Position numbers and translations under genes: made by a program. Of a stretch of 64,000 bases of DNA, positions 11,625 to 24,732 are shown piece by piece. The first letter of the stretch is position 1. The number at the start of each line of letters is the position of its first letter. The stretch is from Octopus vulgaris. Taxonomy: Eukaryota. The notes below the pieces were generated by a model, which saw only the letters and a list, made by a program, of their open reading frames with translations, did not search any database and was not told the origin of the DNA. The stretch spans positions 92,814,001 to 92,878,000 of the forward strand of contig OX597817.1 in assembly GCA_951406725.2 (NCBI GenBank). Reading direction: 5' to 3'.

Positions 11625-13995
11625 ATGTTAGCATAAATCTGAAGATCAGTAAAAAAGAGAATACCTACACTGAACTATTGAGAAATCTGCAGTTACTCTA
11701 TCCAGATTACAAGTTCAGGTTTATACCTATAATTATTGGGGCCCTGGGATATGTAACACATTGCCTAAATACCAGTCTTGAGAAAGTTAGGCTTCTCAAA
11801 ACCAGAAAGGAGAAAGCTAATTCGAAGACTACTGTCCCAATCCATCACTAGAACTTTTATAATCTGTAAAAATTTCCAGGAGTTTATCATTTAAATATAT
11901 ATGAGCATGTCCAGATATGCAACTATATGCTTGAGAATATATACATAAGACAAAACATACAAATCTGCACATATATATACATACATACATACATACATAC
12001 ATACATACATACATACATACATACATACATACATACATACATACATACATACATACATGCATACATACATACATGCATACATACATACATACATACATAC
12101 ATGCATGCATACATACATACATACATACATACATACATACATACATACATACATACATACATACATACATACATACATACAAAAATACCCTGTGTTTGAT
12201 GTTGAAATTCCAATGAAGGAGCCTTGGATCTAGGTTAGAAACCGGATCTTTCTTTATTGGCAAGAGTTCTGAGCAATAACATACATATATACATACATAC
12301 TTACATACATATGTACATGCATACATACATACAAAGTACCTAATGCATTAGGTACTGCCACTGAGAGGATTACAAAGGACTGGCGAACAATTTTCACACT
12401 CATTGACCAACAAAACACTTAACTTCTTTATGGATAACCTGAAGATTTATACTAAGATTTATAAAATGCCAAAGAGAAAAGTAAATTGTTGAAGCTATCA
12501 TTTTCAACTCACAGAGAGATGCAATTTGACTAAAAACAAATGTTCGTATTTGATGGTTTCACGTAGAAAATCAGTCCCCAAGAAACACATAATTTATGCA
12601 TCAATGGTCTCACTATGTCTTCTTTACCACATCAAGAATGGTACAAATACCTAGGCTTTGATGAAAACGCATCATACGCAGATGTTGTATGTATAAAGAT
12701 AGAGTGGTCCGAGATTAGTATAATAAACTTCGAAATATATGGCAGAATTCTCCTTATACACTTCAATATCCCACAATCCACTTGCAGTACCAGTGAAGTA
12801 GTTGACAGGTTTGTAGTGAAAATCCGCTCCTTTGACATTAAAATCCCAACATCAAATGGAAACTTCCACAGAGGCAATGATATCGGCTGCCTCTATCCAT
12901 GAAGATTTGAAGTGGGAAGATGCTTGAGATAGGTGTAGACAGTCTGCAATGTAGAGTCTATCTCATACAACGCTTGCATAATGTTAGTACTGAATAACAA
13001 AGAGAACGATATCCTGTATGTCGGTAGTGAGATCCTCAGGAAACACCCTCTTCTGGTCGACTCCCCATTCAACCCCTAAAACAGCTGCACTCAGATGTCT
13101 GAAAGAAAACCTTAACGTGAAGTGCTCTGCATACCCCACCGAAGACTATGCATCGTACCTTTCTCGAAAACTTGAAAGCACACTAATATTGACATAAAGT
13201 GCAGCCTTCCTTGGATTCTTCGAAGCTACATCACATCAGACTAGATTGCTACAAAATTCACAGCAAAAAAAAAAAGAGAGGGTGACGCCTTAGAGCTGAA
13301 AATATAGAGCATGTCACATTTCTGTTCAAAACATCACCCACGTGGTAAGCAGCTGCCCAAATATGTCTTCGAAGTACCAGCTCTCTATGCGACACAACAT
13401 AGTCGATACAACAATATACAATGCTATCAGAAGAATAAGACTATTATGGAATAAATTTAGAGAACCTCCTTCTATTGAATAAACATCAACGCAAGGAATA
13501 TTAATGGAATATTTCCATCAAAATGACCAAATGTAAACATAAAAGACCGGATATTGGTATTTAGGACGGACAAGAAAATTTAGAACTACAAGGGCGTCGA
13601 GCTGGTAGAAACGTTACCAACGCCGGGCGAAATGCTTACAGGTATATCGTCTGCCGTTACGTTCTGAGTTCAAATTCCGCCGAGATCGACTTATTACAGG
13701 GTCGTTTAAATAAATTACAGACTGGGGTCGATATAATCGACATAATCCGTTTGTCTGTCCTTGTTTGTCCTCTCTGTGTTTAGCCTCTTGTGGGCAGTAA
13801 AGAAATAAGAAAAATTACATATACTCATAGAAGTCAGCTGCCCTGTAGATGTGAACATGTTTTTGAAAATTAAAGAGAAAGACAACTATTTCGAAACCCT
13901 CAGCTTTTATATCCAGACTATAAATTCAGATTTATCGAAGTAATAAATTGACTCCGTTGGTTTTGGGAATAAATGCCTAAATGACAATCTGGAAA
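11625..13995 (+). mobile_element. Degenerate RLE-type (R4/NeSL-like) non-LTR retrotransposon fragments, interrupted by (ACAT)n and SINEs
   Basis: Broken frames give LRNLQLLYPDYKFRFIPIIIGALG, FFMDNLKIY (YxDD box), YKYLGFDE and RPDI-like segments. Confidence 0.65.
13592..13810 (+). mobile_element. tRNA-derived SINE with LINE-like 3' tail
   Basis: A-box-like agctggtagaaacg, B-box gagttcaaattcc, tail ...gtgggcagtaaagaaataag. Confidence 0.7.
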
Positions 13996-14004
13996 TGCAA
14001 GGGT

Positions 14005-14390
14005 ATGGAAGCACTCCGTCGGTTACGACGACGAGGGTTCCGGTTGATCCGATCAACGGAACAGCCTGCTCGTGAAATTAACGTGTAAGTGGCTGAGCAC
14101 TCCACAGACACGTGTACCCTTAACGTAGTTCTCGGGGATATTCAGCGTGACACAGAGAATGACGAGGCCGGTCCTTTGAAATACCAGTACAACAGAAACA
14201 GGAAGTAAGAGAAGAGTGAGAGAAGGTTGTGGTGAAAGAGTACAGCAGGGATCACCACCATCCCTGCCGGAGCCTCGTGAAGCTTTAGGTGTTTTCGCTC
14301 AATAAACACTCACAACGCCCGGTCTGGGTATCGAAACCGCGATCTTACGACCGCGAGTCCGCTGCCCTAACCACTGGGCCATTGCGCCTA
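14005..14390 (-). mobile_element. tRNA-derived SINE (second copy 28768-29146, + strand)
   Basis: Head ggcgcaatggcccagtggttagggcagcggactcgcggtcgtaagatcgcggtttcgatacc with A and B boxes; body shared with 28768-29146. Confidence 0.8.
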
Positions 14391-14812
14391 CTGACATAGA
14401 TACATACACATACATACATACACACAAACTCTAGAAGCGTCTAGTCACGTATTTGGCTATTTCGCACATTACAAATATAATCTGTAAGTGAACTGTAAAA
14501 TTCTAGCAAGCCATATAAATGAGTTTGTCTTGGTAATGAGTTGTTTAAGGAAATCCTTTCTTAAGGGAATGGGTATATTCTTAAGAGATATGTTTATATC
14601 AAATAATTTCATATGTGGTAACTATTTTATTTGCAGATTATATGGAAACCTGGAGTGTATATAAATGTATGTATTTTTTCTCAATGTGTACAAATAACAC
14701 GGAAAAAAATAAATAGTTACCAGTGTAGCAAAATTTCACATAAGTGCCAAGGATATTACACGGTAATCACATTCGGTTAAAATGGCTTGTTGATGTGTTT
14801 TGTTTCTCTTTT

Positions 14813-14900
14813 TTTTCCTGACGAGATGATTGCATTGTTTTACATCATTTTATTCCCTCCGGAATAATATCAATGCTTTCGTCGAAATATATGTTGGAAG
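14813..14900 (+). ncRNA. Type I hammerhead ribozyme motif with extended stem II
   Basis: ttttc CTGACGA gatga-ttgcattg..caatgc-tt-tcgtc GAAA tatatg TT ggaag. Confidence 0.65.
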
Positions 14901-15299
14901 TACAAAGATTTGAATAACACCTGCGTTTGACTCCATTTCTTAATTTATATATATATGCGAAACATGAGAGTTGTTTTAGAAATAAGCATAAAATCAACAA
15001 TACTAGTTTGAACAAATTTATATCTATGTTAAATGATAATGGGAAAAATTATAAGATTAAATGTGAAGTTGTAAGCCATGCCAGAGCTTAGCAAATTTCA
15101 GATAGGAAATTTCAATTATGTAGGGAAGAAATTTTTGAGATAATAAGATCCAAACATAGGTTGATTAGCTCTAGCTAAAAGAGATATTTAGCTTGATGTC
15201 ATTATTCGAATTATAATTTTAGAAAATTTAATAAATAAATAAACAATAGATATCAAAACTGAACATTAAAAATGGGATGTTCGGAGAGTACTATATCCG

Positions 15300-16190
15300 G
15301 TTTTGTGGGTTCTGTGTATGTGTGAAGAAACTCAATATCTTTCTTGTAGTACAGTGACATCGAATCTAGGTTCCACTTCTACCCCCGCACCTCTAACATT
15401 ACAGTTTTGTTTATCAATAGTTGTTCATCATATCGCAAGACCCCCTTCTTTCCAGCTGCTTTTTCTGCTATGACGATGTTATAACATTCAAAATGGTCTT
15501 GGAGAAACGGGTTTAAACATGTTGCATATATATTATACATTAAGTTGTGGCATGATACTGGTCGGTACTTTTTCATATATGGGTGGTTCTGTTTTGTAAC
15601 CAGTGTGGTATGCTGCTATTCTCATGGAGAGCTTGCTGGAATAGGTTTATAAGATATGGTTGATAGAGGGCTATTTTCTTGTACCAGTATCCGAAAGTCA
15701 AGTCTCTTCCAGGTGCTCTTGCATCCTGAAGTTTCTGGCTTACAGTCACAATAGTATCACTATCAATGCTGTATGTCTTGGGTGTAGTGCAGGGAAAATA
15801 ACTTCTTCGAATTTCTTCCAGTCACAGAGCGTTTCTGTTGAACTCCATCTATTCACTCCAGATTTTTCTCCGGATGGAGTTTCTGACTTCTGGTGAAGAA
15901 GCTTCTATTTGTTTACTGCTTCTTCTCTGATGCTTTTGTACTCTGCTACATGGTTCCGGTTAAATGTTTGGTTTATTGTTTCTCTTCCGATAATACACAT
16001 CTGATGTGGGAGTTCCTCATTTACAGCGTTTAACTCCTGCTAGAGTTTGCAAATTCTGTTTTTGCTCTCGCCAAACATCACTTTTATCTTCTTCACTTTT
16101 TGTTGGTGAGACATATAGTGACTGGCTCGTTTGCAAGCAGTAAGCAACTTCACATACCTGAAGGGCTACAGAAAATCAGCTATCTTTTCT
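15300..16190 (-). mobile_element. Degenerate RLE-type LINE reverse transcriptase fragment
   Basis: YRPVSCHNLMYNIYATCLN..AAGKKG..EQLLINKTV resembles RT domains 1-3. Confidence 0.65.
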
Positions 16191-16790
16191 TCTGTTCTAT
16201 ATATAAGAGATGAGGAATTATGTACATTCTTTACATTATTTACATTTGACAGATATTTGCCCTCATCTTGTTTGTTGTTTGCACAACTTTTCGGCTATAT
16301 ACCCTCCAGCCTTCATTAGGTATCTTGGCGAAATTTCGGAACTGGGTTCTTATTCCTTAGGTAACTTCTTTATGGATAACCTGAAGAGTTCATATGATCT
16401 AACAGCACTTGGACATCTTCCTGGTGGGGCCAGAGTATAGAGGTGTCATCAACATATCGCAGCTATAGTGTTGGTTTTAGTAGTGTCGATCCTAAAGCCA
16501 AATTCTCAAAGTATATATTGGCTTTTATCGGTGATAATGGCAGACATATAGCCCCTTTCATAATGTTTCTGAACAGACATTACAAAGGATTAAAAACAGG
16601 TTGGTTAAATTTTTCGAAATATGGTCTTCATTATTATTTTCGATGATAACATCACTAAAGCCAACATTTTAGATATCATCTTTAACTTATGTAATTTTTC
16701 TTCTTCCCCATATCATACACTCTCAACAAAGATAAAATACGTTAGCTCCTTCAGTTACCATTGAAGGGCTATAACAAGAAATATTTCACT
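16190..16790 (-). mobile_element. Penelope-like RT fragment plus pseudo-LTR (pLTR shared with 63750-63900)
   Basis: Minus-strand LSPIKANIYFENLALGSTLLKPTL*LRYVDDTSILWPHQEDVQVLLDHMN is a PLE RT core; degenerate hammerhead at 16281-16324. Confidence 0.75.
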
Positions 16791-16869
16791 TACACTTTCT
16801 AGATTCCTAATGTTGATATCTTCAACGATAAAGCCATATTTTGTAGCTTTGCCTTACTTAAAATAATAA

Positions 16870-17112
16870 GTAAACGCGCCCATTTAAAGCCTAACCAAGC
16901 TCTTGGGCCCGGTTTCCCGGTTTCTATGGCGCATGTGTGATTCAGCTGGACAGGACGCCAGTCCATCTCAGTGTTACTCATTTTTGCCAGCTGAGTGGAC
17001 TAGAGCAACCTGAAATGAAGTGTTTTGCTCAAGAACACAACGCGTTTCCCGGTTCAGGAATCGAAACCACAGTCATGATGCTGACACCCTAACCACTTAG
17101 CCACGCGCATCC
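16870..17112 (-). mobile_element. tRNA-derived SINE (second copy 25939-26200, + strand)
   Basis: gcgtggctaagtggttagggtgtc..ggtttcgattcc head; body matches 25939-26200. Confidence 0.8.
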
Positions 17113-17199
17113 ACATAGTTATATATAGCTGTAAATAGTTATATGTAGCGAAAATGAAATGTCAGATGACAGTTACAGTTCGAATTTTATAGGTCGTTA

Positions 17200-18520
17200 G
17201 AATTTACTTATAGGAACTAAAGGTATGTTTTGCCAAAGTTTACAGCGATAAACGTGTTTACAAGTGTATTCTCCGAAAAAAGGACTAGAAACTATTGTTC
17301 GTTACAGAACAGGCAGAAAGATTTACTTTGTCATATGGGAGGACCTAGATAGAATATTTCATTCCAGATCGAATTGTTCAATATATTCTTTAGAGACCAA
17401 ATTAAAGTCCTATACTCAGTATTGTTGCGTTTATTGATATGTCTAAATGTAGATTAATGGTTATTTATTCTTTTCGATAACTGAGACGATTGACTACCTA
17501 TGAAAAAATAAGACTTCAGAACTGGAAGTAATTTTTCATTCATAAACAGAGATTCTAGTCTTAGAATTACTGCTAAAGAGACAAATACGATTCGAATTTC
17601 TATCAGAAATATTAATATTACTATTACTATTGTTCAAAGTATTGTTCAAAGTATTATCGTTAATAATATCAATGTTATTACTTTCGTTAAGAGGATTTGA
17701 GTTTAACAACTTTTGTTATGCGAAGAGATGATTTCTGAAAGGTTTTTTGTGTTTAAAAACCCTATCCTGATTCGGTTTGAATTAATAATGGAATGGTAGC
17801 TTGGATATTTTGGAAAATTGTTATCTATAGGTTCACGAAACCGGTAAGAGCGGTTGGATTTGATCTGATTACCATATGGAATTATCAACCAAACAGTTTT
17901 ACTAGGATAGACACTGTTATTTGGGCAATTATCTTCAGAATTCCTAGACTTATTTTTATTACGTGTAGTGGGATATAAAGAACAGTTATTTCCCTTACAC
18001 TGCAAACTTTCATTTTTCGATTTAGTGTTGTTTTTCGAACTAAAATTTATATTGTTATTACCGTTATGACGTGTTTTCGTGTCCTGATGAGTAGCGACAG
18101 TATTTATGTCAGTAGCGTTAATATCGGAAACATTTTTCTTTATATTCTGCTTTAAGTAACGAAGAGCTATGAAATAGGGCTTTATCGTTGCAGATATCAA
18201 CATTAGCAGATAATCTAGAACGCCTAAGTGAAGTGTTTCATAATTATAGTTTTATAATTATACATTTCCCAGCGACTCTACTGATGAACCACGGATGGTT
18301 AATAAATGAATTGATTGACTAATTAATTGTTTTGTTTGATCATTAATTCAGAAACACATAGGTAGAGGGGTAACTGAGATTTTCATTCATTTACATATCC
18401 TGCTCGACTACAGGCAACGTTCCTTAGTTAAGAATCTTTCTTTTCGTGGTTTCGCATTTGACTGCACTTTTCAGCATATTAGAAGTCGACATGGTGGTAT
18501 TCTCTCCGTGTATAACTTTC
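17200..18520 (-). mobile_element. Penelope-like (Naiad/Neptune-type) fragment, RT-to-GIY-YIG linker
   Basis: WLIIPY..FREPIDNNFP..HSIINSNRIRIGF..KNLSEIISSHN resembles the PLE WFNPP..LIDxHFP..IIxxHN block; degenerate hammerhead at 18276-18367 on the + strand. Confidence 0.6.
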
Positions 18521-18699
18521 TATACTCTATTATATAGAAATATATATGTCCTCTGACTTTTAATAAGCATTCTGACCAATTGTAAAAATTTTCTTTTTAG
18601 AAATTGTTGCCCTTTGTTTATATTTATATACACACAACACACACACATACACACATATATATATATACATAAATGTATGTATATATGTATGTGTGTATC

Positions 18700-18800
<101 letters not shown>

Positions 18801-18802
18801 GT

Positions 18803-18858
<56 letters not shown>

Positions 18859-19551
18859 ATATGTATGTATGTATGTATGTGTTATGTATGCATGCATATA
18901 TGTACGTATAAACTTGTTTTCATACAAATATTTTGATAAATATTGAAATCCGTAACAAAGTTATCTGCCGCCGTTTCTCCATAAACAAATATTATCGATG
19001 TAGACTAAGAAGTTTGAAAATACCAGTATGAGTTCGAAGCAACCTCTTCTGGATTTGTGTATACATGCATTTCGTAGTAACTTCTCTCCTCAGCATCGAA
19101 CATCGCGAAGAGAGGAACTCCAAAAAGACTAAGGAAAATGGTGTTAACTATTTTCTCAACAATGAGGATGTACACTAACGCATTTAAATATCTCTCAGGC
19201 ATATCTCATTTGAACTAGTAAGTATTGCATATTCTCAATCAGTGATTGGTGCTTCTAATCAACATTTTATCTTAGCTGGGCTGCCTAAAAGTGTCATGAT
19301 TCACAAAGTTTTGTTTGGTTTCCTATGACAGAAACCTCATCTCTTAGTTCGGAGGTACTTCTTTGTTAAATCAGAGTTACCTCTCCTCTCGTTACTTGAT
19401 GCTGGTACAAGATAAAAATTCGAAAAACCATTCATCCCTCCAAACGGATAGGTACATAGATACATATATAATGTATGTATGTAGGTAGGTATGTATGTAT
19501 TTATATAATCATGTATGTATATATATGTATGTATGTATGTATATATATATG

Positions 19552-19621
<70 letters not shown>

Positions 19622-19660
19622 ATATTGAATATTGAATATATTGAATATAATATTCAATAT

Positions 19661-19718
<58 letters not shown>

Positions 19719-19784
19719 TGGCGGTGCCCCAGCATGGCCACAGCTCAAGAGCTGAAACTGGAAAACATAAATCATAAACATATG

Positions 19785-19836
<52 letters not shown>

Positions 19837-20224
19837 TATGTGTGTATACACACACATATACATACATACAATTTTGTGGATAAACAAATTATGGATCCTA
19901 AATTAGGCGTGGTCGAATACGAGATTATAATAAATGTTTTATTGAAGATAAGGTAATATTTAAGGTTTGATGGGAAGTTAGATTTTAGGATTTTAAAGCA
20001 AATTTTAGGTAGAGATTTAACTTGGAGGGAGAAAGATTCGGAATAGGATTATTTCATAATGTTAGCTGATGTAGTTCACCAGAATATAAAACAATAATGG
20101 AAACAAATAAACATTGGATAGATCCGACCTGGGTCTTTAACATAGAGAGATAAAAATCTGTCATTTCAGACCATGATGCTAGGAAATATCAAGGTAGAAT
20201 TGTTCTGCGTAAATTTGCTCTGTT

Positions 20225-20560
20225 AATATATAAACATTAATATATTTGTACTTGGAATAATCGTCGTCTGTTAATATCTATATATTTATACTTGAATATT
20301 CATCGTCTGTAAATATATGAATATCTATAAATTTATACTTGAATGCACATCCTTCATTTAATATATAAATATCTATATATTTATACTTGAATATTCATCG
20401 TCTATTAATATATAAAAATCTATAAATTTATACTTGAATATACATCCTTCATTTAATATATATATTTATACTTGAATATTCATTGTCTGTTATTATATAA
20501 ATATCTATAAATTTATAGTTGAATATACATCCTTCATTTAATATATAACTATCTATATAT
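20225..20560. repeat. AT-rich minisatellite (units containing atttatacttgaatattcatcgtctgt / atacatccttcattt)
   Basis: About 6-7 diverged tandem units. Confidence 0.8.
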
Positions 20561-20569
20561 GTATATAGT

Positions 20570-20709
20570 TTTGTGGTAAGCAGCTGGTTTACCAACCACA
20601 TGGTTACGGGTTCAGTCCCACTGCGTAGCACCTAGTGTCTTCTACTATAGCCTCGGGCAGATCAAAGCCACGTGAGTGGATTTGGTAGACGGAAACTGAA
20701 ATAAGCCCG

Positions 20710-20780
<71 letters not shown>

Positions 20781-21021
20781 TGTCTGTGTGTGTGGTTGTG
20801 TGTGTATGTTTGTGTGTCTGTGTTTGTCCACCCAACATCGCTTGACAACCGATACTGGTGTGTTTACGGCCCCGTAACTTAGCAGTTCAGCAAAAGAGAC
20901 CGATAGAATAAGTACTAGGCTTACAAAGAATAAGTCCTGGGGTGGATCTGCTCGGCTTAAAGGTGGTGCTCCAGCATGGCTACAGTCAAATGACTGAAAC
21001 AAGTAAAAGAGTAAAAGAGTA
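20570..21021 (+). mobile_element. tRNA-derived SINE with internal microsatellite and (GTAAAAGA)n tail; other copies 33825-34222 (-), 43241-43655 (+), fragments 9733-9860 and 19718-19770
   Basis: Shared head gtggtaag..gggttcagtcccactgcg and tail ccagcatggc..tgactgaaacaagtaaaagag. Confidence 0.85.
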
Positions 21022-21222
21022 ATTCTGAAGTAATTTGACCAACTCTGTTATTCGTCATTTCCGTGTCAATAAAACAAAAGTAGTTAACAACAAATCATTC
21101 AAATATTGAAGTACTGAAATGCTTTTCATCACAGATCTTCAAATAGATAACTCGATTATCTAAAATGGTATTGAAGAAGTTTACAGTTATAAATCAAGCA
21201 AAAAGGTTCGGCAGATATATGT

Positions 21223-21228
21223 TTTATT
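21223..21228 (-). terminator. Polyadenylation signal of the Cys-repeat gene
   Basis: AATAAA about 65 nt after the stop codon. Confidence 0.65.
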
Positions 21229-21293
21229 TAAAAACGTTATGTTTGTAATATTTACAATTCTTAAAAATATCAATATAAATTAACTGTTCTTCA

Positions 21294-21308
21294 TCAGTAA
21301 CGTCGCCT
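21294..21308 (-). CDS. Exon 3 (terminal, RRRY*) of the secreted 16-module pacifastin/VWC-like protein
   Basis: Acceptor ttttattcttttcag|AGG CGA CGT TAC TGA TGA; phase 0 matches the exon 2 donor; AATAAA follows. Confidence 0.65.
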   Translation of the reverse strand, partial: RRRY

Positions 21309-21958
21309 CTGAAAAGAATAAAATTACAAGAAATCAATATATTTATTAGATTGGACATACAAATTAAAAACAATAACATAGACTAAGTATCAAGTTGGAT
21401 TTATATTTCAAAATGCGTATATTAGATTAGATGTATATATCACATTGTTTTACAACAAAGTATGAATATTTCACCAGGCGCAGAAAAGCTTAACGCAAGA
21501 ACTATATTCTGAAACGTGAGATAATATATAGTAAAATTAACAACTCTATACCGCAATGCTACTTACAATGATGATGCAATGTGAATGCTAGTCTGTTGAT
21601 TTCACAAGAGTAGCAATAAAGTTAGTTGAAACATTGAAAGTTAATAATTTTCATATAGATAATGAATATATGCAGATATACAAAATCTCGTGTTTACAAT
21701 GAAGGGAACATTGGCTTTCTACAAGATAATTGTAGGGTCAACGAAATTGAACTACTTCAAATAAAGACAAAAATCGAATCGCTGATACAATTTTGTTTGT
21801 ACGACAATGTAGTAGAGTGTAGTACAGTGAGAGCATTGCAATGTTTATGCTAAACATTATTCAATTCTTTGTTGTTTTCTCTGTTTACAATGACTAACTA
21901 TATAAGGATGAGACACGTTATATTAGGGAGATCCAAACTAATAGAAAACTTTACTCAC

Positions 21959-23775
21959 CTCTTTATAACAATCGTATTTGGTACACTTGACATTTCCATT
22001 TGAACATCGACAAACATTGCATCTATCTTGAGTCATAAATGTTTTTCCATCTGGGATAGTTTTCCCATAATATTGGCATGTAGTTGGGGGACAGTACATT
22101 TTAGTACAGGATACTTGACCAAACTGTCCGCATGTACAGGTGTTGCAGTCATCTTTAAATGTTTCGCCAGCAGAATAGGTTTTTCCTTTGTGTATACAGG
22201 GTTTCGTGCATGTATTCTGTTCACAAACCACCCTTCCCTCAGAAGTGCACTGACATTTGTTGCAATCATTATACCATATAGAACCAATGTCGTAATGCTT
22301 GCCGTTGTAATTGCAGGTACATAGATTTGTAGTACAGTCTACAGTACCATCGGCTTTGCATGTGCACGTATTACAATCCTTTCCAAATGAATCCCCTATT
22401 CCGTAGGTGTTTCCATTGTATAAGCAATTACAAGGGTTATTAGTACAGCTGACTCTACCGTTCACTTCACACGTACATGTATTACAACCTTGTCTAAATG
22501 TTTGACCTACATTATAAAGCTGGTTGTTGTAAGTACATTTGCAAACGTTGGTTGTACATTGAACATATCCAGTTGATAAACATTGGCATTGGTTACAATC
22601 TTCGCGAAATGTCTGACCAATTTTATAAGACCGTCCTTTCCGTGTACATCGACACGTTTTATATGTGCACTTTACTTGTCCGTTATGCTGACATGTACAA
22701 GTGTTACAGTCATCAGTGAATGCCTGTCCGATATTGTAAACTTTATGATTGTAAGTACAGGTACATGGATTTGTAGTGCAGTCTACGGTACCATCGGCTT
22801 GGCATGTGCACGTATTACAGCCCTTTCTAAATGTTTGACCTATATTATAAATCTGGTTGTTATAACTACATTTGCACATTCTATATGTGCACGCAACTTG
22901 ACCGTTATGTTGACATGTACAATTATTGCAGTCATCAGCGAAAGTCTGTCCCATATTATAAACCCTGTGTTTGTATGTACAGGTACATGGATTTGTAGTG
23001 CAGTCTACACTACCATCGATTTTACATGTGCATGTATTGCAGCCGTTTGGAAATGTTTCTCCAATTCGGTAGGTATTTCCGTTATAAATGCATTTGCATC
23101 GCTTGTTAGAACACTGGACTGTACCACTAAACAAACATTTACATTCATCACATTCACCAAATCTTTGGCCAATATTATAGGTCCGTCCTTGGTAAGTACA
23201 TTGACAGACTCTTGTTGTACAATCTACTTGTCCGTTTATACAACGGCAAGTGTTGCAAGCGTCAATGAAAGTTTGACCCTCTTGATATTGTGAATTTTTG
23301 TAATAACAGCCACATCTATCACTGTTACACTGCACTGTTCCTGTAGTTTGACAGGTGCAAGTCTTACAACCATCATTGAAACTCACTCCAACGTCGTAGT
23401 CTTTACCATTATACTGGCACTGACACACGTTATTAGTACACTGAATATAGCCAGAAGAAAGACATTTACATCTATTACATTTGTCTTGGAATTCTTCACC
23501 CTCTTGGTATACCTTTCCATTGTAAGTACATCGTTTAGTGCAGTCTTTGTTGCTACATTGTACCTGACCACCGTGTTTGCATTCACATGTATTACAGGAT
23601 TGCTGGAATGTCTCTCCTACTCTGTAACGTCTACCTTGATAGATACAAGTAGAATCCTGCCCGTAATCACAACGCAAATTTGTACAGACTGCTTTGCCAT
23701 ATTCACCACATACACACGTGTTGCAGTCGATCTTGAATCTTCCTCCATACTTCCTTCCATTATGTGTACATTCGT
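21959..23775 (-). CDS. Exon 2: 16 tandem six-Cys modules (pacifastin-like / N-terminal half of VWC); secreted Cys-rich protein
   Basis: Consensus CxYxGxxYxxGxxFxxxCNxCxCxxxGxVxCTxxxC repeated 16 times in an open frame; acceptor ttttcctttacag|AC, donor GAG|gtgagt. Confidence 0.93.
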
Positions 23776-23888
23776 CTGTAAAGGAAAACATCAACTGATA
23801 ATTATTTCAATTAACCACAGAAGAGTTAACTACTGAAAATGAATATGTACATTCCAAAGTAATTCCTCACATACTTACAGACATACAG

Positions 23889-23937
<49 letters not shown>

Positions 23938-24017
23938 CACATGAATAAATACATACATACATACAACATATGTATATACATGGACGTACTTGAATATGCA
24001 GGTACAGGTATATAAAC

Positions 24018-24059
<42 letters not shown>

Positions 24060-24065
24060 GCATTT

Positions 24066-24215
<150 letters not shown>

Positions 24216-24504
24216 AAGAGAATTTGAAAATGCAGAGGTCTTTAAAGATGTTTATTGACCGGTTTCATTTTTTTTTTTTTATTTTATGAAAAGGCTTTGT
24301 GTAACCTTTGGGGTGTTAAAATTTAGTTAACATAGATGTATTAAAATACAGTGATAGAGTCTTTGACAATGATAAGAAAATGTTAAGAAATAGAATATTT
24401 GACGAAGATAGGAAAATGTCAAGAGAGGCTTTCTGTTTCAACAGATTAGGTAAAAGTGTTCAAAATAGGCAAAATAGTTCATAACAATCATAATCATAAT
24501 CAAT

Positions 24505-24663
24505 ATCTATAAATCTGAAATGTGAAAAGTCTGTTTGTCTGGTTTTGGCATTGGAACGGGTTAAAGGGCACTAGATCCCGTCGGATTGACTCCAAAATTT
24601 ACAGGGACATGTAAAATGAGGTGAGGATTCGAGTGGGCTAGGTTAGAAAACCCTATATAATGC

Positions 24664-24732
<69 letters not shown>

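Noticed and set aside
14320-14390. tRNA-like sequences in SINE heads as real tRNA genes
   Set aside because: Each continues into a multicopy SINE body and lacks a clean acceptor stem and terminator.
20225-20560. Regularly spaced repeats resembling a CRISPR array
   Set aside because: Tandem minisatellite without unique spacers, in a eukaryotic context with no cas genes.
23776-23794. ORF-track start MMFSFTD and end VSKVFY for the Cys-repeat protein
   Set aside because: They fall in the polypyrimidine acceptor and past the gtgagt donor, so they are intronic.
22583-23836. 236-aa and 162-aa plus-strand ORFs
   Set aside because: Antisense to the repetitive Cys exon.
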